Part shown: in pieces, positions 55,858 to 64,000 of the stretch
Layout of the letters: each line of letters begins with the position of its first letter
Position numbering within the stretch: the first letter of the stretch is position 1
DNA from: Octopus vulgaris
Taxonomy: Eukaryota
Length of the DNA stretch: 64,000 nucleotides
NCBI GenBank assembly: GCA_951406725.2
Contig: OX597830.1
Location: 76,198,001-76,262,000 of the forward strand
Direction: 5' to 3'
Translations under genes and position numbers: made by a program
Notes under the pieces: generated by a model
Databases searched by the model: none
Told to the model about the DNA's origin: nothing
What the model saw: only the letters and a program-made list of their open reading frames with translations

Positions 55858-56657
55858 CAGCCTAGAAACGCACTTTGTTCGTCGTCGACGCTGGAGTTAG
55901 CTCTGCAACGGCACCACCGGCAGAAGCAGAAGTAGGAGCAACAGCAGCAGCAGCAGCAGCAGGCGAAGCAGTGGTAAATAACAGCCGTAGTTGTGATAAC
56001 AGTAGTAATAGTAGTTGTAGTGTAGTAGTAGTAGTAGTAGTAGTAGTAGTAACAGTTTGGAAGCTATCGTCATAATTCATTCTTAAGGCGACCATGCTTG
56101 ACGTCGACCGAGAAGACAGTTTTATGGCCATCACAAATTAACTTTTTACAGTAAACCAAAAGAGGAGGATACGTACAACAACAGCAGCGACGACGACAAC
56201 AACAACAACAACAGCAACTACTACTACTACTACTACTACAAAGAGCAATAATAATAATAATAACAATAATAATAATGATGATAATAATAATAAAATTGGA
56301 GGAAAAAGAAAAAACAGTGAGAGTGAAAGAATAATAAGAGAAACAAAAAAAGGAAGCAAACCAACATTACATATTTATATATATATATATATATGAATGT
56401 ATGTTTATATATATATGTAAATGAAGAACGACGAAGGGACAGAAGGAAGGAAAGAAAGAAGGAAGGAAGGAGAATATAACTTGAAGTGGAATAAGATATA
56501 AAAAAAAAGCTGTGAGACATTTATAAAAAAAAAAGACACCACAAAAAAAAACAAAAAAGAAAATATATAATACATACACATCCACAAACATATATACATA
56601 TATACATACATACATACATACATACATACATACATACATACATACATACATACATAC

Positions 56658-56707
<50 letters not shown>

Positions 56708-57080
56708 GCTGAAAAATATAAAAAAATATGTGAAGTAAACACAATTGCGAAAATCGCAATATAATATAAATAATTAACAATAATATTGAAAAAAAAAACG
56801 ATAGCAACCAATAGAAAGAATTATAGCGTTAGCAACCACCATTCGCAATAGCAATAGCAACGACAATAATGATAAATTAGCTACATAAATAATTACACAC
56901 ACACACACACACATACACACATTTATATATACATATACATGTAAAATAATATTTGAAATATAAGCCAACACCAACCAAAAAAATAAAATAAAAGATAAAA
57001 ATTGAGAAAAATAACGAAAAAAACTGCGAGAGGAAGATAGAAGGAGAGATATATAAGAAGAAGAAAGAAAGCAAAACAGA

Positions 57081-58416
57081 ATGAGTTCGTATTTTGTGAA
57101 CTCTCTGTCGGCCTGTTACGGCCAGACTGCAGCAAGTTTGCAGAACTGCTCCGACGGAACCTTTGATCGCGCCGACAGCTTTGCACCCAGCGCAGGTGCC
57201 TATTCCAGCTTCGGCACCGGGTCCAGGTACCCGTACACGACGTCGTCGGCGGCGGCGGCGTCCCGCGCGGCTGCAGCGGCGGCGGCGGCGGCAGCGGCTG
57301 CGAGGCACAGTGACATCACGCAGAACGGCGACTACTACACCACACCCCGGTTGACCCACCTCTCGCCGCCGCCGCCTCCGCCGCAGCCTCCTCCGCCACC
57401 CACCGTGACTCATGCGCAGCAACAACAACAGCAACAGCAACAGCAACAAGCAACCCACCCGGCGGTCGGTGGTGGTGGCCCTCAACCTGTCATCGCCCAT
57501 GCCAACAACAACAGCAGTTCGTGTTCGTCATCGTCGCCCATACACAGGATGCACCACCACGGCGGTGCCGGGGGCGGCGGCGTTGCGACGGGCAGCACCG
57601 CCGCCAGCACCACCGCCACGACCATCATCACCGCCACCACCACCACCACGAGCAACAACGGCAGCAACAACAACAATAACCACAACAACAGCAACAACAA
57701 TGGCAGCACCACTTCACATTCCGACGATGTGACATCGCGAAACGGACACCTTTCACACCACCACCACCACCATCATAGCTCAACCCACGCGCCGCCGCAC
57801 CTCTCTCATCACAGCAACAGCAACGGCAGCAACAGCAGCAGCAGCGGCGGCGGCAGCAACAACAACAACAACAGCAGCAGCAGCATTTCAGCAACAAACA
57901 ACAACAACAACAACACGACTGCAAGTACGAACGGCCAAATGCACAACAACGCCACCGCACCCAACAACAACAACAACAACGCCGCTGGCAACTTACGCAA
58001 CAACAACAACAACAGTCCGGGCTCGACCAACGTCGGCAGCGGTGGTGGCGTCGGTGGAGGCGGTGGTGGTGGTGGTGGCGGCGGCGGCGGTGGAGGTGGA
58101 ACCAACAGCAACAACAACAACAACACTAACGATAATGGCATCATCGTAAACAACAACACCAAGAACAACAACAATAACAATAATAACAACAGCAACAGTC
58201 ATAGTCCGAACAGTACGACTACTAACGGTTACTATCCGAATGGACAACTATCCAGTCCGGACGATCGCCAAGGATCACCCCACAGCAATCACCACCCTCA
58301 CCAAACACAGACTGGGCCCCAGACAGGAACTCAACAAAATAATTCATCTCGGACGGACCACCTCTACCCACCTCCCCAAATATACCCATGGATGCGTCGA
58401 ATGCAATACAGTCAAG
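57081..58416 (+). CDS. Scr: Hox5/Sex combs reduced homeobox gene, coding exon 1 (445 codons + 1 nt); homeobox exon lies beyond the window
   Basis: Starts MSSYFVNSLSACY: the Hox SSYF octapeptide followed by LSACY, close to the Scr-specific LASCY motif. Ends PPPQIYPWMRRMQYSQ, the Hox5/Scr-type PQIYPWM hexapeptide. Followed by CAAG|GTAGGT donor at 58416/58417 in phase 1, the usual Hox intron position. GC/CpG-rich compared with the flanks; homopolymer runs are in frame. Confidence 0.9.

Positions 58417-64000
<5,584 letters not shown>

Overview
AT-rich eukaryotic genomic DNA that is saturated with microsatellites and SINEs. The repeat landscape is most consistent with an octopus (coleoid cephalopod); this is an inference. 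The one host gene I can support is coding exon 1 of a Hox5/Sex combs reduced (Scr) gene (57081-58416, +). It carries MSSYFVNSLSACY and the PQIYPWMR hexapeptide and ends at a phase-1 GT donor; the homeobox exon is not in the window. The 57 kb upstream holds only transposon relics: RLE-endonuclease (R4/Dong-type) non-LTR elements inserted in (TAA)n or (TACA)n microsatellites, a Penelope-like GIY-YIG remnant, RTE, CR1-like and Tx1-like LINE ends, Tc1 and maT DNA transposons, a non-autonomous Helitron, hAT MITEs and at least four SINE families. Reading by eye also shows several minimal type-I hammerhead-ribozyme folds of the Penelope type, including a four-copy family with a variant core, plus several young palindromes or inverted duplications and candidate Scr promoter and intronic regulatory motifs. 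Almost all ORFs in the track are translated microsatellites. All identities and mismatch counts are from manual alignment.
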